DNA of 64,000 nt from the NCBI RefSeq assembly GCF_963921235.1, contig NC_086109.1:29700001-29764000 (forward strand), written 5' to 3'. The DNA is from Mobula hypostoma (lineage: Eukaryota). This document shows, in pieces, positions 24,644-36,389 of this stretch (within the stretch, counting starts at the first letter, position 1; each line of letters begins with the position of its first letter). A program made the position numbers and the translations under genes. Below the pieces are notes generated by a model. The model searched no databases. It saw only the letters and a program-made list of their open reading frames with translations, and was not told the origin of the DNA.

Positions 24644-25578
24644 ATGAATGCAGTCAAATGAAACAACGTTACTCTGGGGCCAAGGTACAAAACGCAGTAC
24701 CAACAGTCACACACAGCACAAGGCACAAGAAAGGTAACGAGCACACATAAGATATCAGTAAAGTACAGTCACACAAAGAAAAATATATAGTCCAAGATTC
24801 TGAGTCTATGAATGTTGCAACAGTCTGCAGTCGAACACAATACAGCTTGACTTATGCCGAGCAAACCCTGGGGGCGGCACCAACTTCGGGTTGGAGTTGG
24901 ATGCTGTGCCACACCACCTCCAGTGGAGCACACTGACTCTGGCATATCTCTCCTGAGTGGCCGTAAACAGGTGACACTGCGGCTTGAGGCTTAGTCCTTG
25001 CAATGACCGAGGACTCGCAGCTCCCCTGCTGTCTGGCAATAAATCAGTGAATCAGTATTTCATATTAACAATGTTCAACAGGGTCTTGCGATCACAAGCC
25101 AAGTGACTAAGACGACCACTCGCTGTTAGACTGCGTGCTGCCTTCGCACACTGACTCTGATGCCTCTTTGATGCAGCACGATTCACATGATCTAGTAATT
25201 CAATGATAGATACAGAGAGTCATAAAGCTAGAGTCAGTTCCTTTGGCCTAGATTGTCCATGCAGATCAAGATCCCCACCTCAGCTAATCCCATTTGCCCA
25301 CTTATGGCCCATATCCTTCTACACATTTCTTATCACTGTACCTGGTAAAATATCTATTAAATATCTTTTTTTGTATGTGACTGCACCTCTTTCTGTGGCA
25401 GCTTATTCCATATACACAGCATTCTCTGAATAAGGAAGTTATCACTCAGATCCCTTTTATATCTTCTCCCCTCTCACCTGAAGCCTATGCTCATAAGATT
25501 GTGATTCCCTTTCCCTGGAATAAAGACTGTGTATGTTCACATCATCTTTGCGCCTCGTGATTTTATACACCTCCAAAA

Positions 25579-26320
25579 CAGTGGTTCTCAACGTAGGCCA
25601 TATGGTCCTCCAGGGAACCATGCCAGATTTCTTAGGGGCCACAAGTAAAAAACAAGAGACTGGGGGCCACAGGAGTTTCTAAATGGTCCATGATAAGTTT
25701 ATTGTTTTAATGAAGTATTAGTAACATATATAAATAAAAAAATAAATGAATATATGTACTATAATTGGAAGCCCGAATAAAATGAATGGGAAAATGTACT
25801 AGCTGGTGCAAGTGAGGCAGCAAAACGGTTTAACCTGTGTACGTGTCTGCATCCGTGTGCAGCATGAAAATGGCTATCTCTGCTCCTGCTTGATCACCCA
25901 CAAATCACCGTCCACACCTTGCAGAGCAGCCCACGGAGCCCCGCCCCACAACCACCCCCAGGCTGGGCAGTGGATCCATTTGGGGTAAATATGTGCAATG
26001 TTGACAGCACATTGCAAGAAAGACTTATTGAGCTGCAGAGTGATACAACTCAAGCAAAATTCAAACGCAGCAAGCAAAGTTCTGGATAACTAGCGATCTT
26101 CAAAATAAGTTTTCGCAGCTCTGGGAAAAAGCAAACCTGTTTCTAATTGGATTTCACCCCTCTTATCGAGTTGAATGTGGCTTTAGTCAAACTTATCACC
26201 TAATTTTGAAAGCTTGTAACTGTCTTGATGTGAAAAGAGATGATCTTTGATTATCTTTAATCAACTTGCTTTTGATATTCAAAAACTTGTTATTTACATC
26301 ATTCGCAAGGATCTCTCTAA
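25579..26320 (+). mobile_element. hAT (Charlie-like) transposon remnant with a decayed transposase C-terminus
   Basis: Left end CAGTGGTTCTCAAC. About 26010-26290 translates, with a frameshift and a stop, to LQERLIELQSD...FWITSDLQNKFSQLWEKANLFLIGFHPSYRVECGFSQ...LDVKRDDL*LSL, resembling the hAT dimerisation region. Confidence 0.8.
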
Positions 26321-26575
26321 ATAACCAAAATAACAATATCAAGTGCTTTTTGTTGCTGGTTGTTAAACAAAAAGCAAAGCAATCTCTCTTTCTCTCTCCC
26401 ACCCACCTACAGGAAAACATCTCCCTCGTCCTGGAATGAAAAGCCTCATCCTGAGAGCAGATGCAGCGGAGACGGAGGAATTCCGAGAAGGGGATGGCAT
26501 TTTTGCAAGAGACAAGGTGGGAAGAGGAATAGTCCAGGTAGCTGTGAGAGTCCGTAGGCTTATAGTAGACAGCCT

Positions 26576-27376
26576 ATGGTAAATATAGTAAATCCCATCC
26601 CCTTCTCGCAATTCCTCCATCTCTGCCACATCTGCTCTCAGGATGAGGCTTTTCATTCCAGGACGAAGGAGATGTCTTCCTTTTTTAAAGAAAGAGGCTT
26701 CCCTTCCTCCACCATCAACTCTGCTCACAAACGCATCTCTCCCATTTCACACACATCTGCTCTTACCCCATCCTCCCGCCACCCCACTAGGAATAGGGTT
26801 CCCCTTGTCCTAACCTACCACCCCACCAGCCTACGGGTCCAACATATAATTCTCCATAACTTCCGCCACCTCCAACGGGATCCCATCACCAAGCACATCT
26901 TTCTCTCCCCCACCCTTTCTGCTTTCCACAGGGATTGTCCCCTACGCAACTCCCTTGTCCATTCATCCCCCCCATCCCTTCCCACCGATCTCCTTCCCGG
27001 CACTTATCCTTGTAAGCTGAACAAGTGCAACACATGCCCTTACACTTCCTTCCTCACCACCATTAAGGGCTGCAGACAGTCCTTCCAGGTGAGGCGACAC
27101 TTCACCTGTGAGTCGGCTGGGGTGATATACTGCGTCCGGTGCTCCCAGTGCGGCCTTCTATATATTGGCAAGACCCGACGCAGGCTGGGAGACCGTTTCG
27201 CTGAACATCTATGCTCTGTCCATCAGAGAAGGCAAGATCTCCCAGTGGCCACGCATTTTAATTCTACATCCCAATCACATTCTGATATGTCTATCCACGG
27301 CCTCCTCTACTGTCAAGATGAAGACACACTCAGGTTGGAGGAACAACACCTTATATTCCGTCTGGGTAACCTCTAA
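26576..27376 (+). pseudogene. Penelope-like ORF fragment: RT thumb/linker plus GIY-YIG endonuclease
   Basis: FTCESAGVIYCVRCSQCGLLYIGKTRRRLGDRFAEH (GIY-YIG with CxxC), PLVLTYHP and a Cys-rich linker. Ends in a premature stop (CAA>TAA) relative to the copy at 13656-13919. Confidence 0.9.
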
Positions 27377-27395
27377 CCTGATGGCATGAATATTG

Positions 27396-28204
27396 TGTCA
27401 GGTACCCCGTGACAGGTTAAAGAACCAGCAGAGATGGAAAACACTTTGGAGTCCAGTATTATTATTAACTAATGGTATTTATTAGTAACTATGCAATACA
27501 GTAATATAAATGCAGATATATCAAACAGGTTAGCAATGATTTTATATATATGAAAACCAAGCTTCTTCGAGTCTAGGAGTATATAGATAGTCTTACAAAG
27601 ATGAGTAAAGTTCAGTTCAGTTCATGGTATTGAGTTAGTAGTGATGGAGAGAGAGAGAGGGAAAGATTTGAGTCTTCAGGTGAGCTGATGCGGTCAATCT
27701 TCCCGTTGTCCTCCGAAATCCTTTAGAAGTCACTGACTGTGACCACAACAAGGAGAACTGTTCTTCTGTGGTGGAATTATCAACCCAGGCAAGGGTTGGA
27801 CATATGAATAACTCCCCACTGGTCACACCCTTTTCACACTGCGACAGCCACTGATCGACCCGCCTGATCGATCCTCCAAAACCCACTTTTGTTCCGTGGG
27901 CACAACAAAGCTCATTCAGTTTTTAAAACCATGTGTCTGTCGGTCTAAAAGCTGGCCTTCTATTTATCTCACCATGATGAATACCAACAGTCCATCAAGC
28001 AGCTCCTCCCTTCTTTCTCTGTAAGAACTTGGAAGCTGCTAGTGTCCTTGCAAAAGTGTAAACATGCTGCCGAAAAACCATAACACCATCTCAAAGCAGT
28101 TTTCTCCCCTCTCGCTCTTTTAACAAGGTGTCTGTGTTGGATACCTCTCTCTCTCTCTCTTTCCAAAAGCACAGTTCATAGGGGTAATTCAGGACCCCGT
28201 CACA
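27396..28204. mobile_element. Solo LTR (809 bp)
   Basis: TGTCA...TCACA termini; 4-bp TSD attg/actg; splits the host motif ggcatgaacattgacttctc, which is intact at about 13887-13906. Confidence 0.8.
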
Positions 28205-29729
28205 ACTGACTTCTCTAACTTCCATTAATGCCCCTCCTCCCCTTCACACCCCATCCCTTATTTATTTATTTAATATATTTTTTTATTTATCTTTTATCTT
28301 TCCCCCTCTCACTATAACTCCTTGCCTGCTCTCCACCCTCCAGGCTCCCCACCCCCCTTCTCTGTCTCCCCAGGCTTCCCGTCCCATGATCCTCTCCCTT
28401 CTCCAGCCTTGGTATCCTTTTTGCCAATCAACTTTCCAGTTCTTAGATCCACCCCTTCCATCCTGTCTTCTCCTATCATTTCGGATCACCCATCCCCATT
28501 TTAAAATCTCTTACTTTCTCTTCTTTCAGTTAGTCCCGATGAAGAGATCCAAGAGTTGTTTTTCAGTAAGTTAAACTCCCAACTTCCTTGCACAGCTTCT
28601 TCTCAAATACAAGGACAAGTCTTCAGTTCATAATGCCCTGCAAATTGCAAGCAATAATCAATCTGAAGATAAAAGGTTGGCTTTGCAAAGAAACAGCACT
28701 ATCCACAGAGGACAGTCTGCTGGCACACAGCATGGGGCTGGCTACTCAAGAGATGCAGTACAAGACAATGGGGTTACGTTAACTGAGATTGCATCAAACC
28801 AGACAACACTGGCAAAGGTATTTAGTTCAAGAAAGCTTCTTGCAGACCAGATTGAAACTATCACTGTGTACATCAAATAGCTGACCTATAAATAGTTGGG
28901 AGTTTTGTGTAATCAGAGGGTCAGCCCTCACTGTATTAATGTTGGATGTCTGTCTTCTCTGTCCCTGAAGCTTTGAGACCATATCTGAGAATTTCCCAGC
29001 TAAGAAATCCTAAAATCATCACAGGCTTGTAAAGTCACCAAGTAGGAAAAAAACTGTATAAATGTAAGAGCAATCAGGCTTGTTAGGAATGGTCAAGGAT
29101 CAACAAGAAGAATGACAGAAGAATCCATTCCTCTTCCTTTGATTTCTGTGAAGGACGTCTCATTTGTGTGCAAATCATAAGTCTGTCTTTTCAGCTTATA
29201 GAAATTGATTTGAAAATCCTTTGTGTTTTTGAAATAATTTGTAATTTGAAGACCTTTTTATAAGATAGAAGACCTCTGTAAGTTTTGAAAGTGTTCTAAG
29301 AACTTGAACTAAATTGAAACATGTATCACTAAAAATAAGTTAAATGTGTTTAAACTACTTTGTTGGCTGGAAGTATCTCTTCTTTGGTAGGGAGGGGGAC
29401 CCACCACTCAATGTATGGGTATGGCAGCTAAACTCACCATGGAGGAGAAACAGGGTTTTTTTGAAGCTTTTGAAGAGTAGGTGGCTACAGTATAACCTCC
29501 CGTAGCTATCCATATTAGATAGAATTTAAGATCTTCATTTGAGTTTAGAACTTCACGGAGAGCAAACACAATACCCCCACAGGGTAGTAACTTCAGCCAC
29601 TGAGGCTTTGTCATGACCAATTTTTGAAGTGTAAAGGTATATCTGATCTCCCAAATTATTTTAAAGACATTGGAACAGGAAACCCTGCTTTTGGACTTTT
29701 GATAAATACTCTATGCTCCATTTGGTTAA

Positions 29730-30202
29730 CTGAGAGCTTTAACCTCTCACTCCTGCAGCCTGAGGTAACCATCTACTTCAGAAAAGCTTCAGTTATACCG
29801 GTGCCTGAGAAGAATGTGGTACCCTACCTCAATGACTATCATCCCGTAGTACTTACATCCACTGTAATGAAAAGTTTTAAGAAGTTGATGATGAAACATA
29901 TCAATTCCTGACTAAGAAGCAAATTGGATCCACTGCAGTTTGCCTACCAGCACAACAGATCGGCAGCAGATGCCATTTCATAGGCTCTTCACTCAACCCT
30001 GGAACACTTGGACAACAAAGGTGCATACATCAAGATGACTACAGTTTAGTATTCAATACCATCATCCCCTCAAAACTAATCAATAAGTTTGAAGACCATG
30101 GCCTCAATACCTCCTTCTGCAATTCGATCCTCCATTTCCTCACTTACAGATTCCAGGCAGTTCAGATTGGCAACAAAATCTCCTTCATAATCTCCATCAG
30201 CA
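29730..30202 (+). mobile_element. Rex1/Babar RT fragment
   Basis: FNLSLLQPEVTIYFRKASVIPVPEK...LNDYHPVVLTSTVMKSF, followed by LDPLQFAY. Confidence 0.85.
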
Positions 30203-30852
30203 CTTTGATCTCTTGCTTTTTCATTCTCACATTCTTTCTCTCTTTCCCACCATTCACTTTCTCATTCACATTCTTTCTCTCTTTTTCTTCTTTTTCTTCC
30301 TTTTCTTTTTCTTCTTTTTTTCTCCCTTCTTTTTCTTCTTCTAGTTTGTGCTTCTTGATCTTGAGAAGGTCCATTTAGTTCACTGGAGTATTCCCTTATT
30401 AATCATTCTATTGCTTCCTTTATGATCTGATCTTTCCTCTTGGTTTCCTCATCCTCAACATCATCTGATGAATCCTCTGTTTTCATATCTCCACTGACTC
30501 CTTTCTTTTTGGCCTTCCATTCATCTAGCAAGGCTGTGGTCTTTGCATCTACTTTTCAAGCAGTTTTTTTGTCTCCTAGAGATTCATGAAATAACCTTAA
30601 TGCACATAGAGTAGATTCTGGCTCTTCATACTCACAAAAGCCAAATGCTTGCAACTTTCCTGAAGCTCCTTGAACTCTAGCTTAAAACTAAGCCACATTT
30701 CGCAAGTAATTAACATATCAGGAGCTTTCTCAGATGTCACTGATAAAAATCATCAGACCATGGCGTTTGTCACTTTCACACGTCCTCAGGGCAGCATGGT
30801 CCTTCCTTGGTCCAATATGCTTTCCAACCAGAGGCACAGAGGTCAGCACCAA
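30203..30852 (-). pseudogene. RBM25: Decayed intronless (processed) copy of RNA-binding motif protein 25: N-terminal RRM through the start of the RE-rich region
   Basis: With frameshifts the minus strand reads LVGKHIGPRKDH...SEKAPDMLI...AKCGLVLS...RVQGASGKLQAFGFCEYEEPESTLCALRLFH...VDAKTTALLDEWKAKKK...DEETKRKDQIIKEAIE*LIREYSSELNGPSQ, collinear with vertebrate RBM25 as recalled. It has stops and frameshifts and no introns. Confidence 0.9.
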
Positions 30853-30915
30853 TGCATATTTGCCCTCTGTTGGAGAATGGTTTATGGTGTACTGCATGGA
30901 GACAGTTGTGGCATT

Positions 30916-33155
30916 ATAAGACCATAAGACCATAAGACAAAAGAGCAGAAGTAGGCCATTCGGCCCATCGAGTCTGCTCCGCCATTTTACCATGAGCTGA
31001 TCCATTTTACCCTATTTAGTCCCACTGCCCTACTTTCTCACCATAACCTTTGATGCCCTGGCTACTCAGATGCTTATCAATCTCTGCCTTAAATACACCC
31101 AATGACTTGGCCTCCACTGCTGCCCGTGGCAACAAATTCCATAGATTCACCACCCTCCGACTAAAAAAATGTCTTCGCATTTCTGTCCTGAAAGGGCGCC
31201 CTTCAATCCTGAAGTCATGCCCTCTCGTACTAGACTCCCCCATCATGGGAAACAACTTTGCCACATCCACTCTGTCCATGCCTTTTAACATTCGAAACGT
31301 TTCTATGAGGTCTCCCCTCATTCTTCTACACTCCAAGGAATACAGTCCAAGAGCGGACAAACGTTCCTCATATGTTAACCTTCTCATTCCCGGAATCATT
31401 CTAGTGAATCTTCTCTGTACGCTCTCCAACGTCAGCACATCCTTTCTTAAATAAGGAGACCAAAACTGCCCACAGTACTCCAAGTGAGGTCTCACCAGCG
31501 CCTTATAGAGCCTCAACATCACATCCCTGCTCCTATACTCTATTCCTCTAGAAATGAATGCCAACATTGCATTCGCCTTCTTCACTACTGACTCAACCTG
31601 GAGGTTAACTTTAACGGAATCCTGTACGAGGACTCCCAAGTCCCGTTGCACCTCAGAACTTTGAATTCCTTCCCCATTTAAATAATAGTCTGCCCGTTTA
31701 TTTTTTCTGCCAAAGTGCATAACCATACACTTTCCAACATTGTACTTCATTTGCCACTTCTCTGCCCATTCTTCCAATCTATCCAAGTCTCTCTGCAGAC
31801 TCTCCATTTCCTCAGCACTACCGGCCCCTCTACCTATCATCGTATCGTCAGCAAACTTAGCCACAAAGCCATCTATTCCATAATCCAAATCGTTGATGTA
31901 CAATGTAAAAAGAAGCGGCCCCAACACTGATCCCTGTGGAACACCACTGGTAACCGGCAGCCAACCAGAATAGGATCCCTTTATTCCCACTCTCTGTTTC
32001 CTGCCAATCAGCCAACGCTCTATCCACGTATGTAACTTTCCTGTAATCCCATGGGCTCTTATCTTGTTAAGTAGCCTCATGTGTGGCACCTTGTCAAAGG
32101 CCTTCTGAAAATCCAAATATACAACATCCACTGCATCTCTCTTGTCTAGCTTACTGGTAATTTCTTCAAAAAATTGTAATAGGTTTGTCAGGCAGGATTT
32201 TCCTTTAAGGAATCCATGCTGAGTTCTGCCTATCTTGTCATATGCCTCCAGGTACTCTGTAACCTCATCCTTGACAATCGACTCCAACAACTTCCCAACC
32301 ACCGACGTCAAGCTAACAGGTCTATAATTTCCTTTTTGCTTCCTTGCCCCCTTCTTAAATAGCGGAGTGACATTTGTAATCTTCCAGTCTTCCGGAACCA
32401 TGCCAGAATCTATCGACTTTTGAAAGATCATCGCTAATGCCTCCGCAATCTCCACAGCTACTTCCTTCAGAACACAAGGGTGCATTCCATCTGGTCCAGG
32501 AGATTTATCGACCTTTAGCCTATTCAGCTTCCTGAGTACTTTCTCTGTCGTAATTGTGACTGCGCACACTTCTCTTCCCTGCCACCCTTGAGTGTCCGGT
32601 ATCCTGCTGTCTTCCTCAGTGAAGAATGATGCAAAATACTTGTTCAGTTCCTCTGCCATCTCCTTATCTCCCATTACAATTTCTCCAGTATCATTTTCTA
32701 TCGGTCCTATATCTACTCTCACCTGTCTTTTACTCTTTATATACTTGAAAAAGCTTTTAGTATCCTCTTTGATATTATTTGCTAGTTTCCTTTCATAGTT
32801 AATCTTTTCTCTCTTCATGACCTTCTTGGTTTCCTTTTGTAAGGTTTTAAAAACTTCCTAATCCTCTGTCTTCCCACTAATTTTTGCTTCCTTGTATGCC
32901 CTCTCCTTTGCTTTAACTTTGGCTTTGACTTCTCTTGTCAACCACGGTTGCATCCTTTTTCCACTCGAAAATTTCTTCTTTTTTGGAATATACCTGTCTT
33001 GCACATTCTTCATTTCTCGCATAAACTCCAGCCACTGCTGCTCTGCCATCTTTCCCGCCAGTGTCTCTTTCCAGTCAACTTTGGCCAGTTCCTCTCTCAT
33101 GCCACTGTAATTTCCTTTACTCCACTGAAACACCGACACATCAGATTTCGGCTTC
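30916..33155 (-). mobile_element. Young 5'-truncated CR1 LINE
   Basis: (ataagacc)n tail at 30916-30938; ORFs 32858-33139 and 31016-32818 are in the same frame, separated by one TAG. Confidence 0.96.
31016..32818 (-). CDS. CR1 ORF2 reverse transcriptase domain (600 aa open; no endonuclease domain in this copy)
   Basis: Motifs SPGPDG, NYRPVSLTS, YLDFQKAFD, GVPQGSVLGP, FADDT, DLGV, RPHLEYC. Confidence 0.9.
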   Translation of the reverse strand: MKREKINYERKLANNIKEDTKSFFKYIKSKRQVRVDIGPIENDTGEIVMGDKEMAEELNKYFASFFTEEDSRIPDTQGWQGREVCAVTITTEKVLRKLNRLKVDKSPGPDGMHPCVLKEVAVEIAEALAMIFQKSIDSGMVPEDWKITNVTPLFKKGARKQKGNYRPVSLTSVVGKLLESIVKDEVTEYLEAYDKIGRTQHGFLKGKSCLTNLLQFFEEITSKLDKRDAVDVVYLDFQKAFDKVPHMRLLNKIRAHGITGKLHTWIERWLIGRKQRVGIKGSYSGWLPVTSGVPQGSVLGPLLFTLYINDLDYGIDGFVAKFADDTMIGRGAGSAEEMESLQRDLDRLEEWAEKWQMKYNVGKCMVMHFGRKNKRADYYLNGEGIQSSEVQRDLGVLVQDSVKVNLQVESVVKKANAMLAFISRGIEYRSRDVMLRLYKALVRPHLEYCGQFWSPYLRKDVLTLESVQRRFTRMIPGMRRLTYEERLSALGLYSLECRRMRGDLIETFRMLKGMDRVDVAKLFPMMGESSTRGHDFRIEGRPFRTEMRRHFFSRRVVNLWNLLPRAAVEAKSLGVFKAEIDKHLSSQGIKGYGEKVGQWD

Positions 33156-33156
33156 T

Positions 33157-34745
33157 CTTATCTAGCATCTTTCTTAATTTGCTTTTAGGTGGCTCCATTG
33201 CAGACAATGTGGCATGCAAATTGTGGATGGATCGCAAATCAATCTGTAGATGTCTCAGCCAATCTCGTCCGCACAATGCCAGTCCCTCCACATGCAAGAT
33301 CAATGTGGCTTGCTAGTTGTTGTATTTCATTGTTACAAGTGTCATTCCAATTGGAGTTATCTTTTCTCCATTGTAAGTTCTTAGTTGGATATTTGCAGGC
33401 TTTAGTTGGGTATATTTGAAATGGGATTCAAACTCATTTCATGGAATGACTGAAACAGCCGAAACAGTGTCCAATTACATTTAAACTAATTTGCTGTTCA
33501 CTTCTAGTGTAAGCCATATTACTTCATCTCCTATTAGTTTCCAAATTTGCAATTCTCATATCTAACCTGTCCTGCATCACTCTCATTAGTTTCACTGTCA
33601 TCAACAGCATGCAGATTAGTGCTCTTTTTGAAATTGCAGCTTGACTTTATATCTTTTCCTGAACCCTGTGCAGTCCATTTATTTTAGTCTGCCTGACCTG
33701 CTTTTTGCATGTGTCCAAATTTGTTGCATTTTCTGCGAGTTTTGCCCTTAAACCTGCATTGGTCTGATGTATGTGATCCCCTGACACAAAAGTAACACCG
33801 TTTGTTTTGCCGGGTCCATTTCTGTTACGCACTGCAATTTTTTTTCTCATTCACTTTTTTATTCCCGACAAGGTAATTGCATTCCTGTCTGCGGTTTCCA
33901 TTGAAACAGCAATTTCAATTTCTCTTTTGAATATAAGTTGTGCTTCTGTTAGGTACCATTTTTGAATGTGTTCTTTTAAGATTCCACAAACTAAATGATC
34001 TCTTGCGAGACCATGGATCTGCGCCTGGAAAGTCTTCACTCTTCAGGGCGCAGGCCTGGGCAAGGTTGTATGGAAGACCAGTAGTTGCCCATGCTGCAAG
34101 TCTCCCCTCTCCAAGACACCAATGTAATGGGCATTAAAACCCATACAGCTTGGCATCAGTGTCGTCGCAGAGCAATGTGTGACTAACTGTCTTGCTCAAG
34201 GAGACAACACGTTCCCTCGGCTGGGGCTCGAACTCACGACCTTCAGGTCGCTAGTCCAATGCCTTAACCACTTGGCCACGTGCCCACACAAATATCTCTT
34301 AGTGTATCATTTAGCCCATCACTGAACTGACTATGTTCAGACAATCTCTTCAATTCAGCCATGTACACTGGAATGGACTCGCCTTCTTTTTGATTCCGCT
34401 TATGAAACCTAAAGCATTTTGCAATCAACAATGGTTTCGGTTTTGAGTGTTCCTCCATCACTTTTACATTTGTAGAAAAGCTCATTTCTGATTGTTTCGG
34501 TTGGAGGAGTCAAACTTCAAAGCAAACTGGATGCCTTTAAACCCAATGCATTCAGCAAAATTGACGCTCATTTCTCACTGGCTATTTCATTTGCTTCAAA
34601 ATGCTGTTCCATTAGTTCAGTATACATGAGCCAACTACCCGCTGTGTAATCAAGCATGTCAATCTTTCAGGTGAAGTCAGCCATTTCAGCATTCTTTAAT
34701 GATTATTATCACCTGGTACTCTCTCCTTATGAACCCATGAATTCT
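33157..34745 (-). mobile_element. Gypsy gag-protease remnant
   Basis: Decayed gag (FRFHKRNQKEGESI...LKRLSEH, LRD..VCGI), zinc-knuckle remnants near 33700-33800, and protease (LDTVSAVSVIP, LRTYNGEKI, LCGRDWL). Confidence 0.85.
34000..34287 (-). mobile_element. tRNA-derived SINE nested in Gypsy gag
   Basis: A box tggccaagtgg and B box gttcgagcc on the minus strand; flanked by the repeat atctctt. Confidence 0.85.
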
Positions 34746-34751
34746 TCCACA

Positions 34752-35220
34752 TAAACTCAGTGACCACTTTACTAGGTACACCCGTACACCTGCTTGTTAA
34801 TGCAAACATCTAACCACCCAATCATGTGGCAGCAGCTCAATGCATAAAAGCATGCAACGTGCTCAAATGGTTCAGTTGTTGTTCACACCAAATATCAGAA
34901 TAGTGAAGAAATGTGATCTAAGTGACTTTGACCATGGAATGCTCTTTGGTGCCAGGGTAATCTGAGTATCTCAGAAACTGCTGATCCCCTGTGAAAAAAT
35001 GAAAAACATCTAGTTAATGGCAGTTCTGTGAATGAAAACACCTTGTTAATAAGAGCCATCAGAGGAGAATGGCCAGACTGGTTCAAGCTGGCAGGAAGGT
35101 GAGATTAACTCAAATAACATGTGTTTTAACAGTGGTGTGCAAATGCGCGTCTCCGAATGCACAACATCTTGAACCTAGAAGTGGATGGACTACAGGAGCA
35201 GAAGGCCACTTTACAAGGTA
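34752..35220 (+). mobile_element. Tc1/mariner-derived non-autonomous element
   Basis: Starts actcagtgaccactttactaggtacac; decayed N-terminal transposase (KKCDLSDFDHGM...SISETAD); homologous to 55568-56106. Confidence 0.75.
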
Positions 35221-36389
35221 TTGAGTGCAAGAAGAGACTTCCCCACTTTGAGGGAGGTAATCATGTGTATCTTGTGAGAAAGTTAATCATTTGTAAATTG
35301 TTCAGCCCAGTAATATTGCCATTATGAATGTATTAAATTTAACTGTAGTAAGCTAAAAGATCTGATGAGACTACTGAGTGTAGCATTTGTGTAAAGTTAA
35401 TCTATTTCTATTTCCCATTACTAAAAAGCTGGCAATCCAATCAAATACATTTTGCAAAACCTGGCAATTTTTTCATGTTAGGTTTGTTAATTAATACATT
35501 ATGCATCTGTTCAGTCCATCACATTTCATTGTTTTATGGTTTGAATATAATTTTAATGTAATTAATAGCAATTACATAATTAACTCTGTTTTCCATTATC
35601 ATAGAACTGAATTAATGCTCTTTATCTGCTGGAGTACCATGATGAAAGGCATTGACATTATTCAGAAATCTTCAAATTTGTACTCCATATCATCTATATT
35701 TATATTCATAAATCGTTTAATATGAACCTTAATTTAATAGATACCGGTCTATTGGTAATGATTTGTCATTACTTCTCAAGACTAAGATTTCACTATCATA
35801 CGGAGGAAGTGCCTGAGCTGATGTCCATTGAAAGATATTGTATTTGTCCTGTAAGCAGGACGTAATACACCCTATGATGTTATTTGAAAACATGAAGAAT
35901 TCTGCTTCTCTCACCTGTAGCTTTGACTAATATTTATCAATTATTACAATGGTATATTTCACCATTTATATCATTGGTACCAATAGGCTGTTATGCACAG
36001 TTGTCATGCTTTTCTTTATTCACAGGATGTGTGAGTTACTGCCAAGGTTACAATTTATTGTTCATCCGGGTAATTGTCCTTTGGCAGATCATGTCGAGTC
36101 ACCTTTCTGAACTCTTGCAGTCCATATGTGAAGGAACTCTTACCATGCACTAAGATTTTGACTCAGCGATAGTGAAGGAGCAACAATAACTTTGCAAATC
36201 AGGATGATGTGTTATTTGCAGGTCATTGTGTTCACATGCATGTGGTGCTCAGGGAATTATCGACTTACTGCAATAGCAGTTGGGAAAGAGCTGAAGCTAG
36301 ACTGAAGAATGCAATAACTGCCCACATGGTAAAGAACAATAAGGTGAAATAGACTCAATGTGGACTTGCAGATTGGAAATCATGTTTGA

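Larger units (their letters stand above)
26417..28545 (+). mobile_element. Penelope-like element, 5'-truncated with an inverted 5' piece, interrupted by a solo LTR
   Basis: About 26417-26510 is the reverse complement of about 26593-26680. The ORF and terminal repeat continue after the LTR at 28205. Confidence 0.88.

Noticed and set aside
30162..30374. K/E-rich 70-aa ORF
   Set aside because: Off-frame reading of the purine-rich part of the RBM25 pseudogene.
34225..34287. tRNA-like sequence with A and B boxes
   Set aside because: It is the head of a SINE repeated three times in the window; I could not build a full cloverleaf.
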